Below, piece after piece: positions 48,731-57,409 of a stretch of DNA of 64,000 bases. The translations under genes were made by a program, and so were the position numbers. The DNA lies in the NCBI GenBank assembly GCA_963748015.1, contig CAVVHE010000009.1, positions 32,001 to 96,000 on the forward strand, in the 5' to 3' direction. The stretch's first letter is position 1. Each line of letters begins with the position of its first letter. The notes under the pieces were generated by a model, which ran no database searches, was not told the origin of the DNA, and saw only the letters and a list, made by a program, of their open reading frames with translations. The stretch comes from Terriglobia bacterium. Lineage in GTDB: Bacteria > Acidobacteriota > Polarisedimenticolia > Polarisedimenticolales > JAIQFR01.

Positions 48731-49744
48731 TCAGTCTCGCCCTTGGGCGTCCGGAGCGCCAGCGCCGCCGCCGGGCCTCCCGTCGTCCGGAACGTAGCGG
48801 AACGGGAGGTTCTCCTCGTGGAGCTCGATCCGTGCCGCGCGCTTCAGCTTCTCCAGGAGACGCGACGACGCTTCCTCGACCCGCTCCCGCAGGAGCGCGT
48901 CCGCGGCGCGCGCCCGGAGCGACTCCTCGGTGTCGGGGCGGTCGGACGGCCCTGCCTGGTAGTAGAAGAGGTAGGACGCGCCCTCCAGGACGACGGGAGG
49001 GCTCACCTGGCCGGGCCGCATCTTCGACAAGACCGCGCGGACCTCGTCCGGCAAGCCGTCGAGGGAGACCTCCTGAAGCTGACCCGCGTCGGGCCCGAGG
49101 TCCTCGCCCTTTGCGGCGGCCTCGTCGAGCTTTCGCTTCATCCCGGCGATCTTCTTGCGCATCCTCTCGGCATCGGCGGGCGATGCGAGGGTGAACGACC
49201 GGAGAACGACCACCGGCGGGGAGCGCAACTCGTCGCGGTGCCGCGCGAGGTACGCGTCCACGTCGGGCGGCGCCACCTTCGCTCCCTCGAGCGCGCTTGC
49301 CTCCCGCAGCTTCTGGATCATGAGGTCCCGGAGCGCCATCTTGCCGTGCTCTTCGACCCCCGCCGGTTGTCCGGAGGCCCCTTCGGGGCCGTGGTCGAGG
49401 TAGGAGCCGAGCTCCTCCGGCGTCACCGTCACTCCCCGGCGGCGCGCCTCGGCCAGGAGCACCTCCTCGTCGATGAAATTCTCGAAGAGGCGGCTCTTGA
49501 CCTGGTCCAGCTCCTCGGCGGAGATCGGCTCGCCGCCGCTCTCGTCCCCGAGGTTGTCCCGCAGGTACTCGTCGAGATCGCCGGCCGTGAGGATCTTCCC
49601 GTCGATCTTCGCCACGGGCTTCCTCATCGGGTCGATCGTCGGCGGGGTGGCGCAGCCGGGGAGCGCCGCGAGCGCCACGGCGAGGAGCGGCGCGAGATAG
49701 AGGCCGGGCGCCCCCGGCGGCTTCGCGCGCTTCGTGTTCGTCAC
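48731..49744 (-). CDS. SurA-N/PPIase-like lipoprotein
   Basis: Lipobox-like LPGC, PVAKIDG, IDEEVLLAEARRRGV and PGQVSPP. Confidence 0.8.
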   Translation of the reverse strand: MTNTKRAKPPGAPGLYLAPLLAVALAALPGCATPPTIDPMRKPVAKIDGKILTAGDLDEYLRDNLGDESGGEPISAEELDQVKSRLFENFIDEEVLLAEARRRGVTVTPEELGSYLDHGPEGASGQPAGVEEHGKMALRDLMIQKLREASALEGAKVAPPDVDAYLARHRDELRSPPVVVLRSFTLASPADAERMRKKIAGMKRKLDEAAAKGEDLGPDAGQLQEVSLDGLPDEVRAVLSKMRPGQVSPPVVLEGASYLFYYQAGPSDRPDTEESLRARAADALLRERVEEASSRLLEKLKRAARIELHEENLPFRYVPDDGRPGGGAGAPDAQGRD

Positions 49745-49910
49745 CGTGTCTCTCTCCGGGAATGTCGCCAGCGGAGTATAGACCGCGGGAAGCCGGCGCT
49801 TCCAGGGCTAGTCACCATGGAACGACCGGCTCCGATTCGCAGTTGACGTAGGTTACGCTGCGAATCGGTGAAGAACCGTAGCGCAGAGCTACATGCGAAA
49901 GGAGCCGGTC

Positions 49911-51053
49911 ATGGGGAAGGATAGCCGATTCGTGGGCCTGGACGTACATGCGGACTCGATCGCGGTGGCGGTTGCGGAGCCTGGCGGCGAGGTTCGGTCG
50001 TTGGGGATCATTGGCAACAAGCCGGAGTCGGTGAGAAAGCTGATGAAGAGGTTGGGTTCGGCTAGGGGTCTCAAGGTCTGCTACGAGGCGGGGCCGACGG
50101 GATACGTCCTGTACTGGCAGTTGACCGAGATGGGGATTCACTGCGACGTGGTGGCGCCGACGTTGATACCGGTGAAGCCCGGTGACCGGGTCAAGACGGA
50201 TCGTCGCGACGCAACGAAGCTGGCGAAGAGCTACCGGGCCGGAGAGCTGACGCCGGTTTGGGTGCCGGATGCGGCGCACGAAGCTCTGCGGGATCTGGTG
50301 CGCGCTCGGGAGGCCGCGAAGGGGGATCAGCTTCGGGCGCGGCACCGACTTCAGAAGTTCTTGCTTCGGCATGGGCGCCGAGCTCCCGCGAAGGTGAAGC
50401 CGTGGACGGAGACCCATCTCGCGTGGGTGAGGCAGGCCGTTGGGTTCGAGGCCCCGGCTCAGCAGGCGGTGCTGACGGACTACTTGGCGGAAGTGGACCA
50501 CGCACGGGAGCGAGTCAAGCGGCTCGAGGGGTCGATCGACGAAGCGATCGAAGCCGCGCCTGAGGGAATACGGGCCGTGATCGATGCCCTCCAAGCCCTT
50601 CGTGGCATCGCCAAGGTGAGCAGCGTCACGATCGTCGCCGAGGTCGGCCAGCTTTCCCGCTTCTCTCGCCCGCGGCAGCTGATGGGGTACAGCGGAGCGG
50701 TGTCCAGTGAAGACTCCTCCGGAGGGCGGACCCGGCGAGGTGCGATCACCAAGACGGGCAATGCCCATCTGCGCCGGATCGTCGTGGAAGCGGCCTGGGC
50801 CTACCGGCACCGCCCTGCCGTCGGTGGGGCGCTCCGCGTGCGTCAAGAGGGGTTGAGCGAGGACGTGAAAGAGATCGCCTGGAAAGCCCAGCATCGCCTT
50901 CACCAACGCTACCGACGGTTGGCCGCCAAGGGGAAGGTCAAGCAGCAGGTGGTCACCGCGGTGGCCCGGGAGCTGTTGGGGTTCATTTGGGCCATCGGCG
51001 TGCACGTCGAGAGACAGATGCCGGCGGTGGGCCGCAAGCGCCAAGCTGCATGA
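49911..51053 (+). CDS. IS110 DEDD transposase/recombinase
   Basis: GLDVH, CYEAGPTG, KTDRRDA (DEDD), SEDSSG and ITKTGN, preceded by an AAAGGAG RBS. Confidence 0.97.
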   Translation: MGKDSRFVGLDVHADSIAVAVAEPGGEVRSLGIIGNKPESVRKLMKRLGSARGLKVCYEAGPTGYVLYWQLTEMGIHCDVVAPTLIPVKPGDRVKTDRRDATKLAKSYRAGELTPVWVPDAAHEALRDLVRAREAAKGDQLRARHRLQKFLLRHGRRAPAKVKPWTETHLAWVRQAVGFEAPAQQAVLTDYLAEVDHARERVKRLEGSIDEAIEAAPEGIRAVIDALQALRGIAKVSSVTIVAEVGQLSRFSRPRQLMGYSGAVSSEDSSGGRTRRGAITKTGNAHLRRIVVEAAWAYRHRPAVGGALRVRQEGLSEDVKEIAWKAQHRLHQRYRRLAAKGKVKQQVVTAVARELLGFIWAIGVHVERQMPAVGRKRQAA

Positions 51054-51093
51054 AAACGATCAGGTAGGGAAGGGATGAATCCGGGACGGAGCC

Positions 51094-51283
51094 GGCGGCG
51101 GTCGAGGGGCACACGGGAAGGAGGATCCTCGTGGCTCCTATGCGACAGGCCCTCGCTGGCCGGATCCGCGATGCTAGTCCGAGGCAGCTCCCGACGGATC
51201 ACGATTATGACGGCGCGCCCTTGGGGGCCGATCCGCGAATATCAGAGTGATCAACCGTCGAGTCAGCCGCCTCGACCGCCGCC
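51094..51283 (+). ncRNA. Predicted bridge/seek RNA of the IS110 element
   Basis: A 14-bp closing stem encloses two stem-loops sharing GATCCGCGA. The loops carry GGCTCCTA/GCTAG (target match) and GATT/ATATCAG (donor match). Confidence 0.8.
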
Positions 51284-51357
51284 TGTTCCGCCCCGGCGAG
51301 GAACCGAACGGAGGTGTCTCGGGTCGGAAGCTCGAGGTTGACAGGTCGTTCCATATC

Positions 51358-51522
51358 AGGAGCCCGTCCGAGTATTGGCTTCGTGGCGAGACGCGCGAGG
51401 CGCGCCGGCTTCAAGGAGCGAAAACCGAAGGCATAGTTCGCGCTATTCCGAGGTTTTCGCGACGCAGCAGCCGGCGATGCATCGCGCGTCGCAGCCGAAG
51501 TCAATACTCGGACAGGCTCCTA
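51358..51522. repeat. Palindromic MITE/REP-like element (~165 bp)
   Basis: 26-nt terminal inverted repeats with 2 mismatches (51358-51383, 51496-51521) and nested internal inverted repeats. TA-flanked once the IS is removed. Confidence 0.8.
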
Positions 51523-54500
51523 AGCTTCCGTCCCGCCTCCGAGGCGCTCGAGGATGTCGCGCACGGTCCGGATCCTGTCGGTGGCGCGATCGGGGGCGGG
51601 CAGGACCATCATCCCCGACGGCGTCAGCGTGCCGCGCTCCCGCGCGAGCATCTCGATCACGCGCCGCGGCTCGAGGGGCGGCTTGTCGAGGAACCGGATC
51701 TGGAGCCGGCCCTCGGCGACGTCCACGCTGCGGACCCCCGCGGCGTCCGCCGCCAGCCTCAGTCGGCCCATCTCGAACAGGTTGACCGCGGGCAGCGGGA
51801 GATGGCCGTACCGGTCCTCCGTGTCGGCCTGCAGCCGGTCCACCTCGGCCGCGTCGCGGGCCGAGGCGAGACGCTTGTAGAGCACGAGCCGGTCGCCGAC
51901 GTCGGGCATGTAGCTCTCGGGGACCTTGATGTCGACGCCGAGGTGGAGGCTCGCCGGCGCCCGCTCCTCGACCTTCTCCCCCTGCAGCTCGCGGACCGCC
52001 CGCTCGAGGAGCTGCGTGTACAGGTCGAAGCCGAGCGACGCGATGTGCCCGTGCTGGCGCGACCCCAGGAACTCCCCCGCCCCGCGGATCTCGAGGTCGG
52101 CGGCGGCGAGCCGGAACCCCGCCCCCAGCTCGCTGAACTCCTGGAGCGCCTTGAGCCGCCGGCGCGCCGTGTCCGACAGCGCGTGGCGCCCCGGGATGAT
52201 GAAGTAGGCGTAGGCGTGCTGCTCGCTCCGGCCGACGCGGCCGCGCAGCTGGTAGAGCTGGGCGAGGCCGAACCGGTCGGCCCGGTTGACGACGATCGTG
52301 TTCGCGCTGGGAATGTCGAGGCCGTTCTCGATGATCGTGGTCGTCACGAGGATGTCCGCCTCGCGATTCACGAACTTCAGCATCGTCCGCTCGAGCTCGC
52401 GCTCGGGCATCTGGCCGTGCGCCACCACCACGCGGGCTTCCGGCGCCATCTCGAGCACCGCGCGCGCCATCGCCGGCAGCGTCTCGACGCGGTCGTGCAC
52501 CACGAACACCTGCCCGTTGCGCCGCAGCTCCTGGCGGATCGCCTGGGCGAGCACGCTCTTCCGGAACGGGACCAGGTAGGTCTGGATCGCGGACCGGCCG
52601 GGCGGCGGCGTCTCGATGATGGACAGGTCGCGCACCCCGGCGAGCGACATCTGGAGCGTGCGCGGGATCGGGGTCGCCGTCATCGCGAGCACGTCGATGC
52701 CCACGGCGAGCTTCTTGATCCGCTCCTTGTGCGCGACGCCGAAGCGCTGCTCCTCGTCGACGACCAGGAGCCCGAGCCGGTGGAAGCGCACGTCGCGGGA
52801 GAGGATGCGGTGCGTGCCGATGAGAACGTCCACCTCGCCCCGCTCGAGCTCGACGAGCGCCTGCTTGACGTCCGCGGGCGAGCGGAACCGCGAGGCCATC
52901 GCGACCCGCACGGGAAACGCGGCGATCCGCTTGCGAAAGGTGCTGAAGTGCTGCGCGGCGAGCACGGTGGTCGGGGCGAGCACCGCGACCTGGAAGCCGT
53001 CCATCACCGCCTTGAACGCGGCGCGCACCGCGACCTCGGTCTTGCCGTAGCCGACGTCGCCGACGAGCAGGCGGTCCATCGGCTGCCTCGACTCCATGTC
53101 CCTCTTCACGTCGTCGATCGCGCGCTCCTGGTCCGGCGTCAGCTCGTACGGGAACGCCTCCTCGAGCTCGCGCTGCCACGGCGTGTCCGGCGAGAACGCG
53201 TTCCCCTCGGCCGCCCTGCGCCGCGCGTAGAGATCGAGCAGCTCCTTCGCCATGAACTCGACCGACTTCCTGACGCGCGTCTTGATCCGCTCCCAGCCGG
53301 GGCCGCCGAGACGGTCGAGGTGCGGCTTGTGGCCGCCGACCCCGCTGTACTTCTGGACGAGGTCGAGGCGGTCCACGGGGACGAACAGGCGGTCCCCGAG
53401 GGCGAACTCCAGCACCATGAAGTCCCGGTTCAGGCTCCCCCCCTTGGGGCGGCCGAGGCCCGCGTAGCGCGCGAGGCCGTGGTCCACGTGGACGACGACG
53501 CTCCCGACCTTGAGGTCGCGGAAGTCCGAGATGAACGCCGCGCGTCCCCGGCTCTTGCGCTCCGCGGCCTTCGGCTCCTCGCCGAACACCTCGCGCTCCG
53601 ACAGGACGAGCAGCCGCTCCTGGGGAAACTCGAAGCCCGACCGAAGCGCGCCGGTCAGGACGAACACGCCGCCGGGGCCCCACGCGTCGCCCGGCGGCCG
53701 CCCTTCCCTCGTGATCGACGCGGGCGTCTGCCCGTACTCCGCCAGGACCTCGGCGAGGCGGGCGGCGCTTCCCGGCGCGCGCATCACGCAGAGCGTCCTC
53801 GCCCCCGCGGCGCGCCCCGCCTCGAGGTCGCGCGCGAGGTCGGCGATCCTCCCGGAGTATCCGGGCGCCGGCCTCGCCGTGGCCAGGAGCGAGATGGACG
53901 CACCGGGGGGCGGCGCGCCGGCCAGCTCCTGCAGGAACAGCCCGGCCGAGCGCAGGAGGTCCCGCACCGCGACGGCCCCGGCGTAGAGCTGCTCGGGGGG
54001 CGGGAGGATCCGGTCGCCGCTCTGCCCGTGGGCCGAGCGCGCGTCGTTCGCCGCGCGCGCCAGCTCCTCCTCGACGCGCTCCGGCTCGTCGACCGCGAGG
54101 AGCATCTCCCGCGCGTGGTCGAAGAGCAGGACCGGCCTCGCGGCGGTGAGGGTCGCGAGCGCCTCGAGGCCGGGCAGGCATCCCTCGGCGCGCAGCTCGT
54201 CGAGCTTCTCGCGGAACTCGCGGACCGGTCCGTCCTCCTTGCGCGCCCGCGACGCGCCGTCCTCGAGGTAGCGGGCGAGCCGCTCGAGGGCCTCGTCGCC
54301 CGCGGCGCTCTCGGCCGCCGGGGCGATGACCGCCTCCTCGAGGAATCCCGTGGAGCGCTGGTGGTCGGTGTCGAAGGAGCGGAGGGAGTCCACCGCGTCG
54401 CCGAACAGCTCGATGCGGATCGGCTCGTCGGCGCCGGGAGGGAAGATGTCCACGATCCCCCCCCGGCGCGAGACCTCCCCCGGCGCGCTCACGACGTCCA

Positions 54501-55017
54501 CCCGGCGGTACCCCAAGCCCATCGCCTCGAGCACGAAGCGATCCGGCGGGAGGGCGTCGCCCTTGCGGACCGTCCGGGTGCGGTCCCGGAGCTCCTCCGG
54601 CGACGGCAGCCGCGAGAGGAGGGCGCGCGCCGGGGCGATCAGGAAGTCCGCCTCGCCGCGCGCGAGCCGCCCCAGCGCGACGACCCGCTCCCGGACTACC
54701 TCGGGGTGGGCGGGGATCGCGTTGTAGGGGTCGGAGTCCATCGCGGGCATCACGACCACGCGCCGCGGGTCGCGCCCTACGATCGTCGCGAAGACGGCGA
54801 GATCGCGGTGCCGGGACTCGAGCGCGGCGTCGTCGGGGACGACGATCAGGACGCGCCGCCCGGTCGTCTCGGCGAGCAGCGTCAGGACGAGCGCCCCCGC
54901 CCCGCCGACGAGCCCCTCGAGGGCGACGCTCCCTCCGCCGCCGCGCACCCGGTGCTCGAGCTCGCGGAAGTGGGGGGCCTCGACCAGCGGCGCGAACAGG
55001 GCGAGGTCCGCGCTCAC
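51520..55017 (-). CDS. mfd: Transcription-repair coupling factor
   Basis: Motifs RRGGIVDIFP, VHVDHG, DVGYGKTEVA, DEEQRFG, TATPIPRT, QLRGRVGR and DLEIRGAG. Confidence 0.97.
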   Translation of the reverse strand: MSADLALFAPLVEAPHFRELEHRVRGGGGSVALEGLVGGAGALVLTLLAETTGRRVLIVVPDDAALESRHRDLAVFATIVGRDPRRVVVMPAMDSDPYNAIPAHPEVVRERVVALGRLARGEADFLIAPARALLSRLPSPEELRDRTRTVRKGDALPPDRFVLEAMGLGYRRVDVVSAPGEVSRRGGIVDIFPPGADEPIRIELFGDAVDSLRSFDTDHQRSTGFLEEAVIAPAAESAAGDEALERLARYLEDGASRARKEDGPVREFREKLDELRAEGCLPGLEALATLTAARPVLLFDHAREMLLAVDEPERVEEELARAANDARSAHGQSGDRILPPPEQLYAGAVAVRDLLRSAGLFLQELAGAPPPGASISLLATARPAPGYSGRIADLARDLEAGRAAGARTLCVMRAPGSAARLAEVLAEYGQTPASITREGRPPGDAWGPGGVFVLTGALRSGFEFPQERLLVLSEREVFGEEPKAAERKSRGRAAFISDFRDLKVGSVVVHVDHGLARYAGLGRPKGGSLNRDFMVLEFALGDRLFVPVDRLDLVQKYSGVGGHKPHLDRLGGPGWERIKTRVRKSVEFMAKELLDLYARRRAAEGNAFSPDTPWQRELEEAFPYELTPDQERAIDDVKRDMESRQPMDRLLVGDVGYGKTEVAVRAAFKAVMDGFQVAVLAPTTVLAAQHFSTFRKRIAAFPVRVAMASRFRSPADVKQALVELERGEVDVLIGTHRILSRDVRFHRLGLLVVDEEQRFGVAHKERIKKLAVGIDVLAMTATPIPRTLQMSLAGVRDLSIIETPPPGRSAIQTYLVPFRKSVLAQAIRQELRRNGQVFVVHDRVETLPAMARAVLEMAPEARVVVAHGQMPERELERTMLKFVNREADILVTTTIIENGLDIPSANTIVVNRADRFGLAQLYQLRGRVGRSEQHAYAYFIIPGRHALSDTARRRLKALQEFSELGAGFRLAAADLEIRGAGEFLGSRQHGHIASLGFDLYTQLLERAVRELQGEKVEERAPASLHLGVDIKVPESYMPDVGDRLVLYKRLASARDAAEVDRLQADTEDRYGHLPLPAVNLFEMGRLRLAADAAGVRSVDVAEGRLQIRFLDKPPLEPRRVIEMLARERGTLTPSGMMVLPAPDRATDRIRTVRDILERLGGGTEA

Positions 55018-56060
55018 GCGCCGCCCCCTTCGCGCCGCGCGCCTTTCACCAGCACGAACGCGGCCTGGTCGCCCCGCCGCTCCCGGTTGAGCCGGACGGC
55101 CGCCCGCGCGAGCCGGAACTTCCGCAGCATCCAGGCGATCCGCGCGAGCCCGCGCCCCTTCGGGTGGTCCTTGAGCGGCACGTCCCGGGCGTAGCCCTCG
55201 GAGGCCCAGAACTGGATCGAGTGCGAATCGTACTCGGTTCGCGCCAGGCGGAACCCCGCCCCGGCGGCCAGCAGGCGCACGCTCTCGACGGAGTGGAGGA
55301 AGAGGTGGCGCGGGGCGTCGAGCTGCACCCAGTGGACGCCGTAGTGCTTCCACGCGAACGACGAGACGGTCGGGATCCGGATGAGGCAGAGGCCTCCGTC
55401 GCGGAGCAGGCGGTTCGCGGTCTCGAGCGTCTCGAGGGGGTCCGGCATGTGCTCGAAGGCATGGTGGAAGGCGATCACGTCCCAGCTCGAGGGGCCCTCG
55501 ATCTCCGAGATCCGCTTCGCCTCGATCGTGAGTCCGTTGCCGTAGCGGATGTCCCCGGGGAGGAAGGGATCGCAGCCGGCCACCCTCTCGAACCCCATCT
55601 TCCGCAGCGGGTACAGGAAGCTCTTCCCGTTGCCGCAGCCGACGTCGAGGACCCTCGCGGACCGGTCGATGCCCAAGCCGGCGAGCGCGGCGAAATGCCG
55701 TCTCGGAAACGCCCGGGCGATCGCCTTCCGGAGGAGGGTGTCGGGAAAGAGCGACGCCTCGAGCGGAAGGACGCGGAGCGCGCCGCGGAGACCCGCGTAC
55801 TTGCGCTCGTCGAGGGGGCGGGAGCTGTAGTAGCCGCTCGGGTAGTGCCTCGCGAGGTCGGCCGGGACCTCGGCGATCTGGAGGCAGCCGCAGTCCGCGC
55901 ACTCGAAGTACGCGAACTCCTCCCGGGTGCCGAACTGCATCTCGCGAGCGAGGAACTCGCGGTGGCTACCCACGCTGCCGCAGACCCTGCACGGGCCGGG
56001 ACGGGGGCCGTCCGCGGGGCCCCGGCCGGGCCCGCCTCCCGCCGCCGCGGGCGAAGGCAT
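55014..56060 (-). CDS. Class I SAM-dependent methyltransferase with Zn-ribbon N-terminus
   Basis: Motifs CRVC...CADC, VLDVGCGNG, HAFEHMPDP and PRHL. Confidence 0.88.
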   Translation of the reverse strand: MPSPAAAGGGPGRGPADGPRPGPCRVCGSVGSHREFLAREMQFGTREEFAYFECADCGCLQIAEVPADLARHYPSGYYSSRPLDERKYAGLRGALRVLPLEASLFPDTLLRKAIARAFPRRHFAALAGLGIDRSARVLDVGCGNGKSFLYPLRKMGFERVAGCDPFLPGDIRYGNGLTIEAKRISEIEGPSSWDVIAFHHAFEHMPDPLETLETANRLLRDGGLCLIRIPTVSSFAWKHYGVHWVQLDAPRHLFLHSVESVRLLAAGAGFRLARTEYDSHSIQFWASEGYARDVPLKDHPKGRGLARIAWMLRKFRLARAAVRLNRERRGDQAAFVLVKGARREGGGA

Positions 56061-56062
56061 CG

Positions 56063-56617
56063 CTACCGCTCCGTGCCGCGGGCCGGAGACGCCGGCGGCG
56101 GTTCCCCCGGCGTGTCGCGGCGGGCTCCGGCGAGGATCCGCTCGAGCAGGTCGCTCGTGGACTTGCCGGCGAGGAGCGGGATCGTCACCACGCGGCCGCC
56201 TCGGGCCTCGACCGCCTCGCGCCCGACGATACGGTCGGGCGCCCAGTCCCCTCCCTTGACCAGGACGTCGGGGGCGAGCTCCGCGATCAGGCGCGCGGGA
56301 GTGTCCTCGCCGAATCCGACGACGAAATCCACGGCCTCGAGGCCCGCGAGCATGAGGGCGCGCTCGTCGAACGGGACGACGGGACGGTCCGGCCCCTTGA
56401 GACGCGAGACCGACGCGTCCTCGTTGAGCCCGATCACGAGCAGATCGCCGAGCCGGGCGGCCGCCTCGAGCAGGTGGAGATGTCCCGCGTGGAGGACGTC
56501 GTAGCAGCCGTTGGTGAAGACGACCGTGCGCCCGGCCTCGCGCATCGGGCGAAGGCGCGACGCGAGGTCGGCGGGCGGGAGCACCTTGTCGCGCGCCGCG
56601 CGCGCTTCGCGGCTCAT
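56063..56617 (-). CDS. rfaE2: D-glycero-beta-D-manno-heptose 1-phosphate adenylyltransferase
   Basis: Motifs FTNGCYDVLHAGH, LKGPDRP, LVKGGDW and STS. Confidence 0.9.
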   Translation of the reverse strand: MSREARAARDKVLPPADLASRLRPMREAGRTVVFTNGCYDVLHAGHLHLLEAAARLGDLLVIGLNEDASVSRLKGPDRPVVPFDERALMLAGLEAVDFVVGFGEDTPARLIAELAPDVLVKGGDWAPDRIVGREAVEARGGRVVTIPLLAGKSTSDLLERILAGARRDTPGEPPPASPARGTER

Positions 56618-57402
56618 GAGCCTCCTCCCTCGCCGGCGTGGCTCGCGGGGGGGACCTCGGGGTTGTACAGCCCCCTCCGGAAGCGCCAGCGCACGCGCGC
56701 CACGTCGACGAGCATGTTGACCGGGTCGACGAGAAGCGTCACCTTCGACTCGGGCGAGTTCCTCCAAACCACGGGAACCTCCCGCACCGCGAGGCGGAAG
56801 CGCATGCAGAGATAGAGGAGCTCCACGTCGAACGCGAACCGGTCCACGACCATCTTCTCGAAGAGCGGTCGGACGCGCTCGCGGTCCATGAGCTTGAACC
56901 CGCACTGCGTGTCGCGATAGGGAAGGCCGGTCATCAGCCGGATCAGCCGGTTGAACGTCTTCCCCATGGCCACCCGCACGAAGTTCTGGCGGACCTCGAT
57001 GCGGGAGCTCGCGAGGGCCCGCGAGCCTATCGCCACGTCGATGTCGTGTTCCCGCACGGCCTCCGCGAGGACCGCGTGCTCCTCGATCGGGGCCGAGAGG
57101 TCCGCGTCGGTCAGGAGCACCCACCGGCCGGCCGCCTCGAGCACGCCGCGCCGCACCGAGTACCCCTTGCCGCGGTTCTCGGGGTTTCTCAGGACCCGGC
57201 CCCTGCGCCCCTTGAGGAACTCCGCGCCGAGCCGGGCGGTCCCGTCGGAAGATCCGTCGTCCACGATGACGATCTCCGACGACAGGGCCGCCTTCTCCAG
57301 GTACGCGGCGATCCTCGACAGGGTGGCGGGGAGGCGGCGCTCCTCGTTGTACGCGGGGATCACCACGGTCAGGTGGGGCCGTCCGGCGTGCTCTCCGATC
57401 AA
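56614..57402 (-). CDS. GT2 polyprenyl-phosphate glycosyltransferase (dolichyl-P-glucose synthase-like)
   Basis: Motifs IPAYNEERRL, NRGKGYSV, DADLS, DTQCGFK and FDVE. Confidence 0.9.
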   Translation of the reverse strand: MIGEHAGRPHLTVVIPAYNEERRLPATLSRIAAYLEKAALSSEIVIVDDGSSDGTARLGAEFLKGRRGRVLRNPENRGKGYSVRRGVLEAAGRWVLLTDADLSAPIEEHAVLAEAVREHDIDVAIGSRALASSRIEVRQNFVRVAMGKTFNRLIRLMTGLPYRDTQCGFKLMDRERVRPLFEKMVVDRFAFDVELLYLCMRFRLAVREVPVVWRNSPESKVTLLVDPVNMLVDVARVRWRFRRGLYNPEVPPASHAGEGGGS

Positions 57403-57409
57403 GGTCTCC

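Larger units (their letters stand above)
49812..51359 (+). mobile_element. Complete IS110-family (IS1111-group) insertion sequence
   Basis: Perfect 11-bp subterminal inverted repeats ATGGAACGACC (49817-49827) and GGTCGTTCCAT (51344-51354). AG core on both sides (49810-11, 51358-59), long 3' non-coding end, and TTGACA abutting the right repeat. Confidence 0.9.

Noticed and set aside
51247..55194. Very long ORFs antisense to or overlapping real genes (for example the 1315-aa ORF opposite mfd, 42547-45276, 60427-63018)
   Set aside because: These are shadow ORFs typical of high-GC codon bias. They are Arg/Pro/Gly-rich and lack recognisable motifs.
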